A DNA stretch of 64,000 nt from Waddliaceae bacterium (GCA_963724325.1 CAVRUH010000005.1:1-64000); one strand, 5' to 3'. Positions 1 through 10,945 are shown, counted from the stretch's first letter. Numbers and translations are program-made. The notes: generated from the sequence alone by a model not told the origin.

Positions 1-173
1 CGCCTCGAAGGAGAGGTGAAAAAGCTCCAAAGGGAAAAGAGAAACTGCTTCAGTACGAAATTGACAGCTTCGAAAACCCCATTCGCCTCTATGGAATTAG
101 CTCATCAGCCAGAATTCAGTCACATGAAATACCCAATCATTAAAGATGTAATTATCATCAAATATGTAGTTGA
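1..173 (+). CDS. ftsL: 3' part of FtsL-like cell division protein (CT271-like), truncated by window edge, apparent indels
   Basis: Stitched translation ...LQYEIDSFENPIRL.ELAHQPEFSHMKYP...; position directly upstream of ftsI-murE-amiA, as in Chlamydia. Confidence 0.55.
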
Positions 174-189
174 TAATAATCTCTAAAAG

Positions 190-2177
190 CTCTCACTGGA
201 TACTACTATTTATCACTTGTCTTATTGATGTTTACCCTTTTTTTATATTGATATTTCAGTTTTACAAAATCCAAATCGTGAAGAAGAAAAATGAATTAAT
301 TTAGGCCAACCACAACATTTTTTTGAGGTGACCGAGCCCTTTCTACGTGGCAAATTTCTATCCAATACCTCCATCAAAAAAGGACATCCCGAAGATCCAC
401 AGTATTTTGTTCTCGATATCCAAAAATACCATCTGTATATCGACCCTATGTCCATTCCTGAAAAACATCAGGAGGTCATTTCTAAGCAACTCATTAATAG
501 GTTGGATTTAACACCGGAAGCAGCGGAAAAACTCAAGGCTCAATTTAACTTCGAAAGCCGCAGCCGTAAACTGGCAATGTGGCTCGACAGCGAAACCAAA
601 GAAAACATACAGGCTTGGTGGGTCCACTTTGCTTCTAAAAATAAAATTCCGCGCAATGCAGTCTATTTTGTCAGCGACTATCAACGTTCATACCCATTCG
701 GAAAGCTTTTAGGGCAAGTATTGCACACTGTGCAAAATAATAAAGATGAAATTACAAAACAAGCAATCCCCACAGGGGGTCTAGAATTGCAACTGAATTC
801 ATATTTGACTGGTAAACTTGGAAAAAGGGTCTTGAAACGATCTCCGCGACATTCTTTTGAAACCGGAACAATGATCGAACCTCCTGAAAACGGAGCTGAC
901 ATCTACCTTACTATCAATCACGTCCTTCAAACAATCGCAGAAGAGGAGATCGAAAAAGGAGTCATCAAATGCAAGGCAAAATGCGGTTGGGCAGTGATGA
1001 TGGACCCCAAAACTGGGAGATACTCGCGATGGCGCAGTATCCTTTTTTCAATCCAAACCACTATGCAGAATACTTTAATGATCCAGTAAAAATCGAACAC
1101 ACTCGCCTCAAAGCTGTCACGGATGCAAATGAACCCGGATTGATGATGAAAGCGATTACAGTGGCTATTGCTCTGAAAGCTAATAAGGTTCTAAAAGCAA
1201 AAGGGGAGAAGCCCTTTTTTGATCCAAATGAAAAAATGCCTACAGCTGACGGCAGCTTCCCTGGAAGGCGAAAACCCATTAAAGATACGAGTTTCCATAA
1301 GTATCTTAACATGAACATGGGGGTTAAACGCTCGAGCAATATTTATATGGCAAGGCTTGTACAGAGAATTATCGTCGTTTAGGGAACGATTGGTATCGCA
1401 ATGAGCTCGAGGAAACCTTCGGATTCGGAAAAAGGACCAATGTAGAACTGCCTTCAGAAAGCAATGGTGTTTTGCCTAAACCCGGAAAAAAAGCACCCGA
1501 ATGGACAATTGGAATGGTCAAAGCCAACTCCCTTTTCAATGGCTATGGGACATAATATTCAAGTTACCAGCCTGCAGATGTTAAAAGCCGTCGGCATTAT
1601 TGCCAATGGAGGATATGCAATTCAACCGACAATTATCAGAAAAATTGTCAAAACAGCTCCAGATGGGCATCAGGATATTCTTCTTGACAATACGCAAGCG
1701 AGATCATTCGAACGGATTTTAGATGAAGATGTAACTCGGGATGTAATTAATGCCATGAAATATGTGACCAAAAAGGGTGGAGGTGGTGCTAGGGCAGAAA
1801 TATGGGGTTACACAGAAGCAGGCAAATCCGGAACCGCAGAAAAAATCGTGAATGGAACCTACTCAAAAACACTAAACGTATCTAGTTTTATTGGTTTTAC
1901 TCCTGCAAAAGACCCAGTATTCATTCTCTTGGTCTGTATGGATGAACCCGAATTCAAATACATTCCGGGAGTCGGAAAGAATCAAATGGCAAGCACTTGC
2001 GCTGCGCCTGTATTCCGCGAAATTGCACGACGTTCTTTGGATTTTCTAGGGATCACTCCAGATGATCCGCACGGATACCCAAAAACCGATCCCCGTTATG
2101 ATGAACAGAAAGCAGATTGGATAACCGAAAGCATACAGTTGCAAGAAATGTATGAAAAATGGAATAAAGCAGTATAA
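190..2177 (+). CDS. ftsI: Penicillin-binding protein 3 (FtsI), split by several frameshifts; start approximate
   Basis: ORFs 328-1089, 969-1382 and 1464-2177 join into a class B PBP: RSYPFG, GGLE, EPG..K region, SSN and KSGTAEK motifs. Confidence 0.85.
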
Positions 2178-2195
2178 AGGAATAATCAGGAACTT

Positions 2196-3687
2196 ATGAA
2201 ATTAAAAAAAATATTAAAAGATATTCCCACACTCCATTAAAGGATCCAAAGAGATCGAGATCACCGGAATATGCGCCAATTCCAAATTGGTCGCCCCAGG
2301 AAATCTGTTCGTGGCCAGGAAAGGAAAATTGGATGATGGCTCCAAATATATTCCCGAGGCTATTCAGCAGGGGCCGTGGCCATCCTGACAGATATTTACG
2401 ATCCCTCTTTCAAAGACACTCCCAAATCATCCACCCTGATGGGAACGCTATCGAAGGCCTTCTCGCAGCGGTTTATTAACAATTTCCTCAGACGAAACTT
2501 GTTCATGGTGGGCATCACGGGCACCAACGGAAAAACAACCGCCTCATACTTATCAAACATGTTTGGACGATCTCAAGGGCCCGTGCGGGCTTATCGGGAC
2601 CATCGAATATCATTATTGGGTAAGCACCGATACCAGGCCCGAGAACCACGCCGGATGTGGCAGAAATCACAGATGCTGCGGGAAATGATCAACAGGGGTG
2701 TCTGTCCGCAGTCATGGAAGTGACTTCTCATGGCCTGGACCAGAACCGGGTCCAGCATGTGGATTTCAATGCCGCAGTCTACACCAACCTTTCTCCGACC
2801 ATCTGGATTATCACACTCCAATGCAAAACTATTGTCTGGCAAAAAATCGGCTGTTTGCAAAATTCCGTGACCCCCGAGTCGAAAGAAGAAAATTAAAAAT
2901 AATCCCAATAATAGCCATCGTCAATACGACGCCCGTGGAATAGACAGATCATTTCCGGCTGTCCCGCTCCCTTACTGACTTACGGAATTCAGGAAAATGC
3001 AGACTTCAGGGCAACAGACGTAAAACTCACAAACGAATCGGGCCAACATTTCAACCTGAACTATAAAGATCAAATCACAACCTTAAAGTGCCTCTTATCG
3101 GACGTTATAATGTATATAACGGCCTTAGCTGCCATAGGTGTAGGCCTGTCCTACGCGATCCGCTCCAAGATCCATTTGGACATCTTTCGATCCTTTCACG
3201 TTCCAGGCCGCCTCGAACCCGTCCCTAATACCTAGGGCTGACAATTTATGTCGACTTCGCACATATCCGTGACGCTCTATACAACGTTCTCAATTGTCTT
3301 AAAGAGTTCAAAAAAGGGAAGATCATCACCTTATTTGGCTGCGGTGGCGACCGCGATGCTGTCAAGCGTCCGAAAATGGCTGAAATTGTTGAACAATTTT
3401 CGGATGCTACGATTGTTACTACAGATAACCCCCGTTCCGAAAATCCAGAATTGATCATTAACGCTATTGTAAAGGGGTTTAAAAATCCAAATAACTATTA
3501 CGTTGAAATAGATCGACGAAAAGCTATTGAAAGCGCTATCACTATGGCTGAGCCGGATGATATTGTTTTGCTTGCAGGTCGTGGACATGAACCTTATCAA
3601 ACATTTGCGTTTTATACACTAGAGTTCGATGATCGGAAGGTAGCAAGCGAAATATGCGAACAACTTCAGCAATCAGGTAAGAAATGA
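2196..3687 (+). CDS. murE: UDP-MurNAc-tripeptide ligase MurE, multiply frameshifted
   Basis: GITGTNGKTT, VMEVTSHGLDQNRV, DHLDYH, FGCGGDRD, DNPRSE and LAGRGHE motifs spread over different frames. Confidence 0.88.
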
Positions 3688-4355
3688 ATCTTAAAAATAT
3701 TATATTGCACGCACTTATTATTTTATTCACTGCTTCATGCTCGCCAGGAAGGCATGGCACGCCTCTTCCTCCAATGAAAGCGAGCACTCCAACGAAGACT
3801 CGCAGCACAAAAATATTTGTCGATCCAGGCCATGGAGGAAAAGATGATGGTGCCAAATCTTCTAGCGGACAACAATGTTTTGAAAAAAGTCTAAATTTAA
3901 CTACCGCTATGAATTTGGAAAGGTATCTGAAGGATTATGGGTATGAGACTGTGTTAACTCGAGGGGATGACACTTTTGTCCCTCTAAGATTGCGTTCAGC
4001 ATTTGCGAATGGAAACCGGGCCAATCTTTTTGTCAGCGTCCACTATAATGCTTCAGAAAACCCTAAAGCTGAGGGTATCGAAGTTTACTATTACGATAGC
4101 AACGATTCTCGTGCTGCTGAATCAAAAAAATTGGCTCTCCTAGTGATGAATCGGCTCGGAACGAACACGAAGCTAAAACCTAGAGGTGTCAAGCATGGAA
4201 ACCTAGCTGTGATCCGTGATGCAAAAATGCCAGCCATCCTCGTCGAAGGAGGATTCATGACCAACAGCACTGAAATAGAGAAAATCAAAGAACCCGAGCA
4301 TATGAGGCTTATCGCCCAAAGCATTGCCCAGGGTATCAATGATTACCTGAAATAA
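3684..4355 (+). CDS. amiA: N-acetylmuramoyl-L-alanine amidase (Amidase_3), lipoprotein-like N-terminus
   Basis: VDPGHGGKDDGA, EKSLNL, FVSVHYNA, AILVEGGFMTN. Confidence 0.93.
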   Translation: MNLKNIILHALIILFTASCSPGRHGTPLPPMKASTPTKTRSTKIFVDPGHGGKDDGAKSSSGQQCFEKSLNLTTAMNLERYLKDYGYETVLTRGDDTFVPLRLRSAFANGNRANLFVSVHYNASENPKAEGIEVYYYDSNDSRAAESKKLALLVMNRLGTNTKLKPRGVKHGNLAVIRDAKMPAILVEGGFMTNSTEIEKIKEPEHMRLIAQSIAQGINDYLK

Positions 4356-4356
4356 A

Positions 4357-4429
4357 CGTCCTCGGCGCGAATCGAACGCGCGACCTGTTGCTTAGGAGGC
4401 AACCGCTCTATCCCCTGAGCTACGAGGAC
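4357..4429 (-). tRNA. tRNA-Arg (anticodon CCT)
   Basis: Reverse complement GTCCTCGTAGCTCAGGGGATAGAGCGGTTGCCTCCTAAGCAACAGGTCGCGCGTTCGATTCGCGCCGAGGACG folds as a cloverleaf with GTTCGA T-loop; no encoded CCA. Confidence 0.95.
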
Positions 4430-5547
4430 AAATTCCTCTATACGATAATGGATGTACTTGTTTTTAACAATGGTTTTTTCATCTTTTTCCTTCTTATCCT
4501 GCTTATCATGCCGCGCCTCGCGATCATGCATATCCTGTTATTTTTTCCCAGAAAATGAACAGGATATGCATGATCGCGAGGCGCGGCATGATAAGCAGGA
4601 TAAGAAGGAAGCTTTATATTATCTTGATTACAAATCTATCCCCTGAGCTACGAGGACAAATTCCTCTATACGATAATGGATGTACTTGTCTTTAACAATG
4701 GTTTTTTCATCTTTTTCCTTCTTATCCTTCTTATCATGCCGCGCCTCGCGATCATGCATATCCTGTTATTTTTTCCCAGAAAATGAACAGGATATGCATG
4801 ATCGCGAGGCGCGGCATGATAAGAAGGATAAGAAGGAAGCTTTATATTATCTTGATTACAAATCTATCCCCTGAGCTACGAGGACAAATTCCTCTATACG
4901 ATAATGGATGTACTTGTCTTTAACAATGGTTTTTTCATCTTTTTCCTTCTTATCCTTCTTATCATGCCGCGCCTCGCGATCATGCATATCCTGTTATTTT
5001 TTCCCAGAAAATGAACAGGATATGCATGATCGCGAGGCGCGGCATGATAAGAAGGATAAGAAGGAAGCTTTATATTATCTTGATTACAAATCTATCCCCT
5101 GAGCTACGAGGACAAATTCCTCTATACGATAATGGATGTACTTGTTTTTAACAATGGTTTTTTCATCTTTTTCCTTCTTATCCTGCTTATCATGCCGCGC
5201 CTCGCGATCATGCATATCCTGTTATTTTTTCCCAGAAAATGAACAGGATATGCATGATCGCGAGGCGCGGCATGATAAGAAGGATAAGAAGGAAGCTTTA
5301 TATTATCTTGATTACAAATCTATCCCCTGAGCTACGAGGACAAATTCCTCTATACGATAATGGATGTACTTGTTTTTAACAATGGTTTTTTCATCTTTTT
5401 CCTTCTTATCCTTCTTATCATGCCGCGCCTCGCGATCATGCATATCCTGTTATTTTTTCCCAGAAAATGAACAGGATATGCATGATCGCGAGGCGCGGCA
5501 TGATAAGAAGGATAAGAAGGAAGCTTTATATTATCTTGATTACAAAT
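4407..5547. repeat. Tandem array of five 228-bp units (starts 4407, 4635, 4863, 5091, 5319); each has the tRNA 5' 23 nt, its promoter and a 53-bp inverted repeat with 18-nt loop
   Basis: Direct comparison of units; three variable positions; first IR arms 4487-4539 and 4558-4610. Confidence 0.97.
4442..4470 (-). promoter_or_regulatory. Putative sigma66 promoter of tRNA-Arg (repeated in each 228-bp unit)
   Basis: TTGTTA-17 bp-TATCGT, 12 nt upstream of the tRNA 5' end. Confidence 0.55.
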
Positions 5548-5588
5548 GTGAAATCAGTCATGATTTTATATAAATAGAGGGAGGCTTT

Positions 5589-7007
5589 ATGTCGGATGCT
5601 GATATTGGTTTAATTGGTCTTGCCGTAATGGGGCAAAATCTGGTGCTAAATATGAACGACCATGGATTCACAGTGGTTGTGTTCAACCGCACCGTTGCAA
5701 AGGTAGATGAATTCCTTGATGGATCTGCTAAGGGAACCAAAGTCATCGGAACACATTCCCTCGAGCAATTTATCAAAACCCTAAAGCGCCCTAGAAAAGT
5801 TATGCTCATGGTCAAAGCCGGAGAGGCCGTTGACGAATTCATCGATATGCTGCTTCCATTTCTTTCCCCCGGCGATGTTATTATTGACGGCGGAAACAGC
5901 CTCTACACCGATACCAACCGCAGAGTTAAATCACTAAAAGAAAAAAATATTATTTTTGTCGGCACAGGAATTTCAGGGGGAGAAGAAGGGGCTCGCCATG
6001 GACCCTCTATCATGCCTGGAGGAAATCCCGATGGATGGCCTCTAATCAAAGAAATATTCCAAGCAATTGCCGCAAAAGTGGAATCAGGAGAACCTTGCTG
6101 CGAATGGGTTGGGGAAAACGGTGCCGGTCACTACGTGAAAATGGTCCACAACGGCATTGAATACGGAGACATGCAACTCATTTGTGAAGCCTATCAACTC
6201 TTAAAACAGGGTCTAGGACTCAACGCACAAGAACTTCATGACGTGTTTACTCAATGGAATAAAGGATCCCTCAATAGCTACCTGATCGAAATCACTGGTC
6301 GCATTTTTGCCGTCAAAGACACTGATGGAAAACCACTCGTAGATAAAATTCTCGACGTCGCCGGTCAAAAAGGCACTGGAAAATGGACAGCTATCGATGC
6401 TCTGGACATGGGAATCCCTCTCACACTAATCGGCGAATCAGTCTTTTGCCGCTGTTTGTCATCACTAAAGGATGAAAGAGTCGAAGCAAGCAAGATCATT
6501 CATGGAATTCAATCCAAATTTGAGGGAGATCGTGAAAAATTCATCGAAGCGATACGCCAAGCCCTATATGCATCGAAAATCATCAGTTACGCTCAAGGAT
6601 TCATGATGATGCGTCAAGCTTCCGATGATTATAAATGGAACATCAATTTTGGCGGCGTTGCCATGATGTGGCGCGAAGGTTGCATTATCCGAAGTGGCTT
6701 CCTAGGTAAAATTAAAGAGGCCTATGATAAAAATTCCAAACTGAAAAATCTTCTCCTCGATCCCTATTTCAGCAACGAAATTCAAGAAGCTCAATCGGGA
6801 TGGCGCCAAGTGGTCTCCAAAGCTGTTGAAATGGGAGTACCTGCCCCTTGCTTGAGTTCTGCTATATCCTTCTTTGATGGATACCGCAGTGCCGTCCTGC
6901 CCGCGAATCTTCTTCAGGCTCAACGGGACTTCTTCGGCGCCCACACCTATGAGCGCATTGATTCCCCCCGTGGTAAATTCTTCCATACAAGTTGGTCAGA
7001 AGGATGA
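5589..7007 (+). CDS. gnd: 6-phosphogluconate dehydrogenase, decarboxylating
   Basis: IGLIGLAVMGQNL, ISGGEEGARHGPS, YVKMVHNGIEYGDMQ, QAQRDFFGAHTY. Confidence 0.98.
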   Translation: MSDADIGLIGLAVMGQNLVLNMNDHGFTVVVFNRTVAKVDEFLDGSAKGTKVIGTHSLEQFIKTLKRPRKVMLMVKAGEAVDEFIDMLLPFLSPGDVIIDGGNSLYTDTNRRVKSLKEKNIIFVGTGISGGEEGARHGPSIMPGGNPDGWPLIKEIFQAIAAKVESGEPCCEWVGENGAGHYVKMVHNGIEYGDMQLICEAYQLLKQGLGLNAQELHDVFTQWNKGSLNSYLIEITGRIFAVKDTDGKPLVDKILDVAGQKGTGKWTAIDALDMGIPLTLIGESVFCRCLSSLKDERVEASKIIHGIQSKFEGDREKFIEAIRQALYASKIISYAQGFMMMRQASDDYKWNINFGGVAMMWREGCIIRSGFLGKIKEAYDKNSKLKNLLLDPYFSNEIQEAQSGWRQVVSKAVEMGVPAPCLSSAISFFDGYRSAVLPANLLQAQRDFFGAHTYERIDSPRGKFFHTSWSEG

Positions 7008-8134
7008 AACGGATCTCTATTCTAGGTTCTACGGGCTCTATTGGAGTTAATACTTTAAATGTCATCCGGCATTTAAAGTTACAAATTGCTGCCCTTGCTG
7101 CGCACTCAAATATCGATCTTCTTGAACAACAAGCCAAAGAATTTTCTCCGAAATTAATCGCGGTATATGACGAATCAAAGGCTTTAGAACTGAAACAAAG
7201 ACTGCCGCATATCGAAGTGGTAGGCGGCATTGAGGGTCTAAAAGCTGTTGCAACCCATTCCGATGCTAATTTTGTCGTTTCAGCTATTACCGGCACACTA
7301 GGACTCATTCCCACTGTTGCCGCTATCGAAGCCAATAAAGACATCGGTCTCGCCAATAAAGAAGCACTGGTATCCGGCGGAGCCCTCGTAACAGCCTTGG
7401 CTGCGAAGCATGGTGTTAAGCTTATTCCTATTGATAGCGAACATAGTGCGATCTTCCAATGTCTGAATGGAGAAAAAAAAGAATCGATCAAAAGGCTAAT
7501 TTTAACAGCCTCCGGAGGACCTTTTCGTTCGTTTTCTCAAGAACAATTGGAACAAATAACTGTCGACCAAGCTCTTCGGCACCCCACCTGGACAATGGGT
7601 CCTAAGATAACAATCGATTCTTCGACATTAATGAACAAAGGTCTTGAAGTGATAGAGGCTCGCTGGTTATTCGACATGCCGGTAGATAAAATCGATGTGA
7701 TTATCCACCCGCAAAGCATCATTCATAGCATGGTCGAATATGTAGACAATTCCATTATTGCCCAAATGGGATACACCGACATGAAAATTCCCATTCAATA
7801 CGCATTAACCTACCCAGACAGATTTCCCGGTCTTTTTGAATTATTTGATTTTACGAAGCATTCTACACTTCAGTTTTTTGCTCCCGACCTAGCAAGATTT
7901 CGCTGCCTCGGCTTGGCATTTGAATCTCTTAAAGTCGGGGGAACATTGCCATGCTACATGAATGCAGCCAACGAAGTTTTAGTTAGTCGATTCATCAATC
8001 GCCAATTATCCTGGCAATCCATTGGTCAAAAACTTGAACTTCTAATGACCAAACACTCATCTCAACCCATTACATCTCTAGATTCTATCCTCTATGCAGA
8101 TGCATTAGCACGAGAACAAGCAAAAATAGCGTAA
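7004..8134 (+). CDS. dxr: 1-deoxy-D-xylulose 5-phosphate reductoisomerase
   Basis: ILGSTGSIG, LANKE, PIDSEHSAIFQ, HPTWTMGPKITIDSSTLMNKGLE; ATGA overlap with gnd. Confidence 0.98.
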   Translation: MKRISILGSTGSIGVNTLNVIRHLKLQIAALAAHSNIDLLEQQAKEFSPKLIAVYDESKALELKQRLPHIEVVGGIEGLKAVATHSDANFVVSAITGTLGLIPTVAAIEANKDIGLANKEALVSGGALVTALAAKHGVKLIPIDSEHSAIFQCLNGEKKESIKRLILTASGGPFRSFSQEQLEQITVDQALRHPTWTMGPKITIDSSTLMNKGLEVIEARWLFDMPVDKIDVIIHPQSIIHSMVEYVDNSIIAQMGYTDMKIPIQYALTYPDRFPGLFELFDFTKHSTLQFFAPDLARFRCLGLAFESLKVGGTLPCYMNAANEVLVSRFINRQLSWQSIGQKLELLMTKHSSQPITSLDSILYADALAREQAKIA

Positions 8135-8204
8135 AAAATAATAGCGCTTTTACTTGGTATTGTGGCATAATCAATTCGACAAAAGGTAACATGCAAAGGG
8201 TAAA

Positions 8205-10154
8205 ATGATCTCTACCATAATATACACAATATTTTCCATTCTAGGCTTAAGCTTCCTTATATTCATCCATGAACTCGGCCATTATTGGATGGCACGCCGT
8301 GTTGGCATGCGTGTGGAGGTATTCTCTATCGGTTTTGGACATCCCATCTATTCATGGCAACGAAATGGCGTCAATTGGAAATTAGGCTGGCTCCTCTTTG
8401 GCGGATACGTCAAAATTGCAGGCATGAGCGGAGAAAAAGACGAAGATCCATACTCTATCCCCGACGGTTTCTTTGGTAAAAAACCCTTTGACCGCATCAA
8501 AGTTGCCTTTATGGGCCCCTTTGTGAATCTTCTTTTTGCTATTGTCGTCTTCTCAGGACTTTGGCTTATGGGCGGCAGAGAAAAAAACTTCAGTGAATAT
8601 ACTCACATCATCGGTTGGGTCGATCCTAAATCAGAACTATATCTTCAAGGAATCCGTCCAGGGGATGAAATCCTCTCATATGATAATAGAAAATATCGCG
8701 ATAGTACAGACCATCTCTTTGCCCCGCTTATTGCAAAAGATGAAATCACTGTTAAAGGCAATAAGGTCAATTATGCAACTGGAGAAAAAACTCCTTTTGA
8801 AGTCAAGGTAAAGCCATATCATAATCCACGCTTTTTCGATAAAAAAATCAAAACCGCAGGCATCTTAGAATCTGCTCGGTATGTAATTTACAATCGCCTT
8901 CCAAATGGCAAAGATAACCCAATCCCTGCTAATTCTCCAATTGCCGATAGCGGCTTACAATATGGCGATCGTGTTTTGTGGATTGATGGGGAAGTAATTT
9001 TTTCTCGTGAACAAGTCGATCATCTTCTAAATGATAACAGAATTCTACTTACCGTCAAAAGGGGCGATAAAATATTTCTTCGACGCATCCCTCGTGTACA
9101 TGTGATAGAGTTAAAACCCGATGCAGCATTTCGTGAGGAATTGGTTGATTGGCAGCATGAAGCCGATTTAAACGGAGTTAAATTTGATGATCTTTATGCC
9201 ATTCCTTATACGCTGACACATGATTGTGCTGTGGAACAGGCCTTAAAATTTATTGATAAGGATAAAGAAGATGAAGTTTTTCAAGAACATCCTTTTTCCG
9301 ATTTGGAATTTCCTTTACAACCTGGAGACCATATCATAGCTGTCCAAGGTGTTCCAGTCGATCATTCGTATCAGATTCTTTCACAAGTTCAACAAAAGCA
9401 CGTTAATGTGATTGTTGAAAGAGATCCTTCCGCTATATCACTTATACCTTGGAACGCTTTGGAAGGCAGCTTTATTCAAAAATCTGATTGGGAGAATTTA
9501 GGAAAGATTTCACGTTATATTGGAACAAGCAAGCAAATATCCGATTTAGGCACTTTACATTTGCTCCATCCGATAACTCCTATAAAAAGAACAGAAATAG
9601 CAGGCACGCCTGAAGAAAAAGCCTGGATGACAACAGAACTGCAAGAAACAAGACGCAAAATTGAGCAGATTGAAGATTCTGAAAAGCGAGCTTTTGAGCT
9701 TTCCACATTTGATCATGTAATTAATAGTGTAGTTTTAGGCATCCCTAATTTACAAGATCGACATGTGACATTTAATCCAAGGCCGATTGAATTATTTGAT
9801 CATTTGGCTACCCAAATATATCGGACGCTTTATGCAATGCTGACAGGAACTTTGAGTCCAGAGCATCTTGCAGGCCCGGTTGGAATTGTTCGCATTGTTC
9901 AAGGGTCTTCGATGGTTAGTTTGAAGGAGGCATTGTTTTGGCTTGGTGCTATTAGTTTGAATTTGGGAGTTTTGAATCTCCTCCCAGTGCCAATGTTGGA
10001 TGGTGGGACGATTATTTTCTGTTTATTTGAGATGGTCACAGGCTATCGAATAAAGCCCAAAATAATGGAAGCTATTATCATGGTATTTGCCACTCTCCTG
10101 GTTATCTTCTTCCTTTTCGTCACCTACAATGATATTCTTAGAATTTTCAATTAG
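8205..10154 (+). CDS. rseP: RIP metalloprotease RseP (M50, PDZ-containing)
   Basis: HELGH, GGYVKI, NLLPVPMLDGG; follows dxr. Confidence 0.95.
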   Translation: MISTIIYTIFSILGLSFLIFIHELGHYWMARRVGMRVEVFSIGFGHPIYSWQRNGVNWKLGWLLFGGYVKIAGMSGEKDEDPYSIPDGFFGKKPFDRIKVAFMGPFVNLLFAIVVFSGLWLMGGREKNFSEYTHIIGWVDPKSELYLQGIRPGDEILSYDNRKYRDSTDHLFAPLIAKDEITVKGNKVNYATGEKTPFEVKVKPYHNPRFFDKKIKTAGILESARYVIYNRLPNGKDNPIPANSPIADSGLQYGDRVLWIDGEVIFSREQVDHLLNDNRILLTVKRGDKIFLRRIPRVHVIELKPDAAFREELVDWQHEADLNGVKFDDLYAIPYTLTHDCAVEQALKFIDKDKEDEVFQEHPFSDLEFPLQPGDHIIAVQGVPVDHSYQILSQVQQKHVNVIVERDPSAISLIPWNALEGSFIQKSDWENLGKISRYIGTSKQISDLGTLHLLHPITPIKRTEIAGTPEEKAWMTTELQETRRKIEQIEDSEKRAFELSTFDHVINSVVLGIPNLQDRHVTFNPRPIELFDHLATQIYRTLYAMLTGTLSPEHLAGPVGIVRIVQGSSMVSLKEALFWLGAISLNLGVLNLLPVPMLDGGTIIFCLFEMVTGYRIKPKIMEAIIMVFATLLVIFFLFVTYNDILRIFN

Positions 10155-10199
10155 GGATCGTTGGGGATAGTCAGTCTTCGTATTCGATAACCCAAAATG

Positions 10200-10310
10200 T
10201 CTTTTACCGCAGAGAGCACAAGAGAACACAGAGTATAAAATAGTTCTCTCTGCTCCTGTGTTTTCTCGGTGAACTTGGTATTAAAAATTTTTTTAAGTTG
10301 ATGCATATGC
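10200..10310. repeat. Degenerate palindromic element, family 3 (GAGAACAC repeats plus GTTGATGCATATG end motif)
   Basis: accgcagagagcacaagagaacacagag...ctctgctcctgtgttttctcggt...aagttgatgcatatg; same motifs at 60187-60256 and 63742-63813. Confidence 0.6.
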
Positions 10311-10315
10311 CTTTA

Positions 10316-10406
10316 TTTACTGCTGTAGCGGTAAAATCCAGGGAAATTTGATAATTTCACTTTCACTTAATTAATTAATGTGATATTTTACTGTTATAGC
10401 GGGAAA
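10316..10406. promoter_or_regulatory. Two imperfect palindromes, probable HipB operators
   Basis: TTTACTGCTGTAGCGGTAAA (10316-10335) and TTTACTGTTATAGCGGGAAA (10387-10406) just upstream of the HTH gene. Confidence 0.6.
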
Positions 10407-10409
10407 AAT

Positions 10410-10637
10410 ATGAAGAATCACATCTTAGAGCTGGGTAAAATTATTCTGTTCCATAGGGAAAAGAGTGGATTGTCGCGCGGAGAGCTTGCAAAACTTGCAG
10501 GAGTCGGCAAAACTTTCATATTTGATGTAGAACATGGCAAAATTTCCATCAAGTTGTCTACTTTGCAACGAATTTTGGAAGTTCTAAATATTTCCCTGAC
10601 TTTTAAAAGCCCTTACATGGACGAATATTTTAAATGA
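10410..10637 (+). CDS. hipB: HTH (Xre) antitoxin/regulator, HipB-like
   Basis: REKSGLSRGELAKLAGVGKTFIFDVEHGK HTH; first gene of an overlapping 3-gene unit. Confidence 0.8.
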   Translation: MKNHILELGKIILFHREKSGLSRGELAKLAGVGKTFIFDVEHGKISIKLSTLQRILEVLNISLTFKSPYMDEYFK

Positions 10638-10945
10638 AAAAAGCAAAAGTCTTTGTTGACGGCACATATGCTGGCATTTTAGAGGAACTAGCAAGGGGGA
10701 CGCATTATCGATTCATCTATGATCCGAATTATCATGGCATGCCTGTCTCCTTACTGATGCCTTTAAGTCTTAAATCCTTTGAATATGCCTCTTTTCCTCC
10801 ATTTTTTGATGGCTTGCTCCCTGAAGGAATGCTGCTCGACGCATTGCTAAAAGGGGCAAAAATTGATGCTGATGATCTACTCAGTCAATTAATCACTGTT
10901 GGTCACGATTTGATCGGAAATGTCACTATTGAGGCTTATGAATGA
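10634..10945 (+). CDS. hipS: HipA N-terminal-domain protein (HipS-like)
   Basis: AGILEE..YRFIYD..VSLLMP..FPPFFDGLLPEG..DLIGNV. Confidence 0.8.
   Translation: MKKAKVFVDGTYAGILEELARGTHYRFIYDPNYHGMPVSLLMPLSLKSFEYASFPPFFDGLLPEGMLLDALLKGAKIDADDLLSQLITVGHDLIGNVTIEAYE

Noticed and set aside
4407..5547. CRISPR array or integrative-element att sites at the tRNA
   Set aside because: No variable spacers; the duplicated piece is the tRNA 5' end rather than the usual 3' att core; no integrase nearby
4452..5573. Five 64-69-aa ORFs (MYLF/SLTMVFSS...)
   Set aside because: Translations of the palindromic repeat; similar peptides read from both strands; no RBS
6862..7491. Long antisense ORFs (also 16625-17290, 30854-31366, 36564-37079, 11778-12329)
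   Set aside because: Shadow frames opposite well-supported genes, with no recognisable motifs
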